The translations under genes and the position numbers were made by a program. From Camelus dromedarius (taxonomy: Eukaryota): a stretch of 64,000 nucleotides of DNA. The first letter of the stretch is position 1; each line of letters starts with the position of its first letter. Below the pieces are notes generated by a model. That model saw only the letters and a program-made list of their open reading frames with translations, did no database searches and was not told the DNA's origin. Positions 59,955 to 64,000 of this stretch are shown here, piece by piece. The DNA is taken from the NCBI RefSeq assembly GCF_036321535.1, contig NC_087437.1, forward strand, positions 116,562,001 through 116,626,000. The letters are read 5' to 3'.

Positions 59955-61552
59955 CATGCAAACTGTCTTAGGAATACCAGCCCCCAGCACTAGAAAGTAC
60001 TAAAAATTGCTTCCAAAAGACAGAGGTCTAGACCCCATGAAGAGAAGCTTCAGATAACACAGAAGGGGACAAAGGTAGAAGTAAAAAAGGATATTGTTTT
60101 AAAAAAAAAAAAAAGGACTGAACAGGCATTTCCAATCAATTATGGGCTGGGAATTTTTCCTGGTCTCCCAAATATTGCCCCTCAGCCTTCCAAACCATCT
60201 GGAAAATTCTTTCTTCTGGATGAAGCATAATCATGCCAAATGTGAACTCTGCACCCTCTGACATTCACAAGGAAGCCTGTCAAATTAGGGAACACTATGG
60301 GGGAAAAAAGAACTTTTCTAAATCAGAAAATGATTCAGTCTCGTTCAGTCTTCAGAGAGCTCGGTAACAATGGGATTAATATACTGAATGTGGAGCATAT
60401 TGTGGGTTTATAAAAAAACTAATGTTCAGAAAACCTGGATTCTAGGAGGCAAAAGAAGCTCACAACAAGAAATGAGAAAACATGAGATGGCCTAATTTGG
60501 GTGAAAGTTGGGAACATGTCACTCTTGTCAGGCGTAATTGAGAGTTTCATGGTTAAAAAGAGAAAGGATTTGACAGGCTTCTCCTCCCCTGTAGGTAAGG
60601 TAGTCAAGGGCATAGATCTTTGCTCAAATCCAACCCCTCTGACTGCTATCAAGGGGAAACAGAGAGTGTTCGAGCAGCAATTACGGTTCTCCATGGTGGG
60701 AAGTTCTCCAGTAATCAAATGACACAGTCTTCAAAAATACAAATAGGAAACCAACCCCAAAACTAAACTGTGGTGTCTATGCATCAGAGTGGTGTGCATT
60801 CAGGTTGTACAGATTCTGTTTTAGAAAGATGCTCCCAAGAGGTAGGATATGTTCAACAGTGTCACCCACAACACCGCCACCCAGGGAGTATCTTTCCACA
60901 GTCCACCAGGGAAACCCACAACAACCACTTACCAAGAGTCCATCAGGAACGTGGCTGTGGGGCCAACAGTAGCACAGATAGAGGAGCAATGACTCTGGTC
61001 CTCCAGGAGTTTGCCCTCTTATTCAAGAGCTGCACCGAAAGAGTCGCTGAAGCCAAGTGGAACGGGCAAACACAGAACGAGGATGCAAGGAGATGGGCCG
61101 TGGTTAGTGGCCAGGTGTGAGGGGTGGACGTGGTGTGCTGAGAGTCAAGAAGAGGGTGGCAACCAGTGGAGACTGGGAGGTCTGGGAGGACATCATGCAG
61201 GAGGCAAGCTGACCAGTGTTCAAAGGTGATGACTGATGGGAACCACTTCTCTGATACTTCTCTTTAAGAAGCATCATCAGAAAGGAAAAGCGAGTTGGGC
61301 TGCCCTATGCTTTGGGCCCAATTCAGGGATGAGAATATAACTGGGGATGTAAAATCTAATACCCTTTGTGCTGATACGAAGTCAGTGAGAAAGCACTGCT
61401 TGGTCTGACGTTTAAGCACAGTCAACTGTTTTGGGTTTTTTTTTTAGTGTTTTCTTTTTATGGGTAAATTTATCTCATTTACTTTTATTAGGGTGTTTTG
61501 AATTAGTTCTATTTTTAAATTTCTTTGTATGCTTTCTGGGTTGTTTCTTGAC

Positions 61553-62157
61553 CTTTAATTGAATTATAACTTAAGAACAGAAAAATGAACAAATTGAAAA
61601 TGTACATTTGAAGGATTTTCATAGTTAACGCATCTGAGGAACCAGCGCTCAGATCGAGAAACTGAACACGACTGTCATCTAAGGATCTTCACCTTGTGAC
61701 CCTTCCAGCCACCAGCTCTCTCCAAAGGTAGCCACTAACCTGACTTCTAAGTCTGCAGATTCATTTTCCTACTTTTGAACTTTATATAAATGGAATTGTA
61801 TGGTATAGGACTTGCCCAATATCATGCCTAAGAGACTCAACAATAGTGTTGCACATGGTTGTATTTTATTCACCCTAATTGCTGTGTTGTATTCCGTTGT
61901 GTGGCTATACCACAACCAGTGTATGCATTCCAGAGCTGAAGAGCATTTGGACAGGTTCCCGTCTGGGGCCATCATGACCAGGGCTACTATGGCATTCTCG
62001 TATTTCTCTCTCCGTGATCACATGTGTGCGTTCCCGTTTGGCACACACCTAGGGAAGGAACTGCTAGGTCATAGGGTTTGTGGATTGTCAGATTTAGTGA
62101 GTTCTGCCAAGTAGCTTTCCCAAGCAGCTGCCCAAATTTATACTCCTACCAGCAGTC
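61553..62157 (-). mobile_element. L1ME-like 3' fragment
   Basis: Runs 'ttttgaactttatataaatggaattgtatggtat' to 'cacacacctagggaaggaactgctaggtcatagg...tttatactcctaccagcagt'. Confidence 0.8.
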
Positions 62158-63544
62158 AAAAAGTCGCTAAGATTTGGTTAACAAAAAACTCTAATCCTCT
62201 CTCAAGCCATGCATGAATACTGAAGAAATCTCTTCTCTACCACGTCAGCATGACCTGAGGGCTTAAGTATTAAATATTTTTTGCTTTCTTAGAACAAAAG
62301 TAAGAGTTAGCTGTACTGCTTTTTTTGACAGGAAGGAGACTAGAAAGAAGTGTGTGCTGATAAGCATTCAGGACTCCTTCCCAAGATGAATGAATAATGT
62401 AAAATAAATAAAGGTCAATAAAATGGCACAAAATAACAGTTAAGAGCTGCCAAGCTCATGCCAGATGGTGGTTAGAGAACCGGATGTTCCAGGAAACGAT
62501 GGTTCTTGTTTTGAACTCAGCTGGCCCAAATCTGGGTAAAATTGGACATGCCAAACTCTCAGGGCAGTCTGACAACAATGCTTAACCTATTTTGCAAAGA
62601 AGAATTTCCTTGGGCGCATCGGGAACAAAATGCTGATGAAAATTTTAAGACTCATGGGATACATTTTCTAATAATTTTCCAATTTTTCTCACTGATGCAT
62701 CATTTTTTAGCATCATTAGCTCAAAAAAAAAAAAGTTGAAAGAAATTGAAAGTGAGCATCCAGACTCACTGGAGACTTAAAAAGGCAAAGTCTCTTTTAC
62801 GCTGCAGGAACATACAATGGAACCACAGTTACAAAGACAAACCCCTTTGTGATGACTTCCCATTGGATCTGAAGAGGGTGTACAGTGTAGGACGCAAACC
62901 TACATAGAGGGGCATAGAATATTTCCAGAACAAGATAAATATCCTGCCAGATTTATTCTCTCCTTAAAATCCATCAGTGTTTTCTTCGCATTGTCTAAAA
63001 TCCCCGCTTTTTGACATGGCATCCAAAGACTTCCATGAGCTAGCCTTTGCCCCGCAGCCTCCGTCCCATCGCACTGCCTTTCACCCTCCCCTTTGCACGC
63101 CTCGTTCTGGCTGGAGAGAACCATCTCCAGCTCAGACAATCTGCTCTGCCATCTCAGAATCCCTTCTCTGAGGAGCCCTCTCTGACCTTCTCATCAAGGT
63201 CACCTGTAACCTCCCTTTTGCCCAAACACATGGTCCTTTCTCGGTCCCTCTCTTAGTGGCCCGCCCGACTTCCACTGTGTTCTGGGAAACTTATCGGCCA
63301 GACTGTCCTCCCTCACCGGATTCTTCCTCCTCTGCCTCCTCCTCCTAGCCCTGAAAGTCGAGGTACCCAAGGCTCCAGTTCTGAGGCTCTCTTCACCTTT
63401 ATCTCCATCACCTCCTTATTTGATCTTGACTGGTTTCATGGCTTTAATTGCCATTGAATATGCCACCAGTCCCCTAACTTTATATCCCCACCCCAGCTTT
63501 CTTTCTGAGCTCCAGTTTCCTGCTCCACACTCCTACCTGGGTGT

Positions 63545-63985
63545 CTGCCAGGCGTGTCCTGGACCTGCACTGCGCAGGCACATCCCTCCCCAGGTACTGT
63601 TGGCTGCTAACGGCACACAACTGCACCCTTTCCGGAGTGCTGCCTTGGCTGATGGATGATGCCCCAACTCATGAAAACCTTCACCCAGAAATGTTGGGGA
63701 GATTGTACCCTAGAATAAGGAGCAGGCGCCCTAGCCAATGACTAGCTCGTACAGTGACACAGAAGCCCAGCCTCTGTGCATCCAGGAGGGACACCTCTAC
63801 GGTGCCATTCAGGCCTCCTGTGGGCTCAGGCTGAGAGGAGACTCCAGCTGCAACCACGTCTTTGCGCAGCTGTTCCCCCGCCCTGTCCCGCACCACTTTG
63901 TCCTGAGAGCTCCTCCTCTATAAATCGCTTGCACAAAAATCCCCAGCTCAGGCTCTGCTTCAAGGAAACCCTAGATCTAAGAGCA
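63545..63985 (+). mobile_element. ERVL LTR16-like solo LTR (preceded by L2 remnant ~63100-63545)
   Basis: Runs 'tggctgctaacggcacacaactgcaccc' through 'agccaatgactag' to 'ataaatcgcttgcacaaaaatccccagctcaggctctgcttcaaggaaaccc'. Confidence 0.7.
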
Positions 63986-64000
63986 GCATTTTCCCCTTCC

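Noticed and set aside
1..64000. CRISPR array, operon, defence system or horizontally acquired cassette
   Set aside because: There is no regularly spaced repeat-spacer array, no gene-dense segment and no compositional island other than the CpG island. Everything fits mammalian intronic and intergenic DNA.

Overview
This is mammalian genomic DNA, almost certainly from a camelid. The evidence is three tRNA-derived vic-1-type SINEs plus cetartiodactyl-type L1 3' ends. I found no protein-coding exon, RNA gene, CRISPR array or prokaryote-type system; the long ORFs in the track are GC-content or repeat artefacts. The window is centred on a CpG-island promoter (~30.6-32.3 kb) of a minus-strand gene. 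That gene appears to have two alternative first exons, ending at strong donors at 32156 (CAG|GTAAGC) and 31017 (CGG|GTAAGT). On this model positions 1-31016 are intronic and positions above ~32.6 kb are upstream sequence. The layout reminds me of RREB1, but this is an unverified recollection, so no gene symbol is assigned. The rest is interspersed repeats (L1, HAL1, L2, L3, MIR, MaLR, ERVL and ERV1 LTRs, hAT and mariner MITEs) and repeat-poor candidate enhancers. Repeat family names are assigned from memory of consensus sequences, and many boundaries are approximate. The most interesting observations are: (1) micro-uORFs in strong Kozak context in both first exons, including a stop-start AUGA overlap; (2) repeat copies whose differences from sibling copies are almost all A/T to G/C, a GC-biased gene conversion signature; (3) multi-layer nested insertions with readable target-site duplications (TSDs); and (4) a MER41-like solo LTR in the intron. 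I did not find a demonstrably new biological system.
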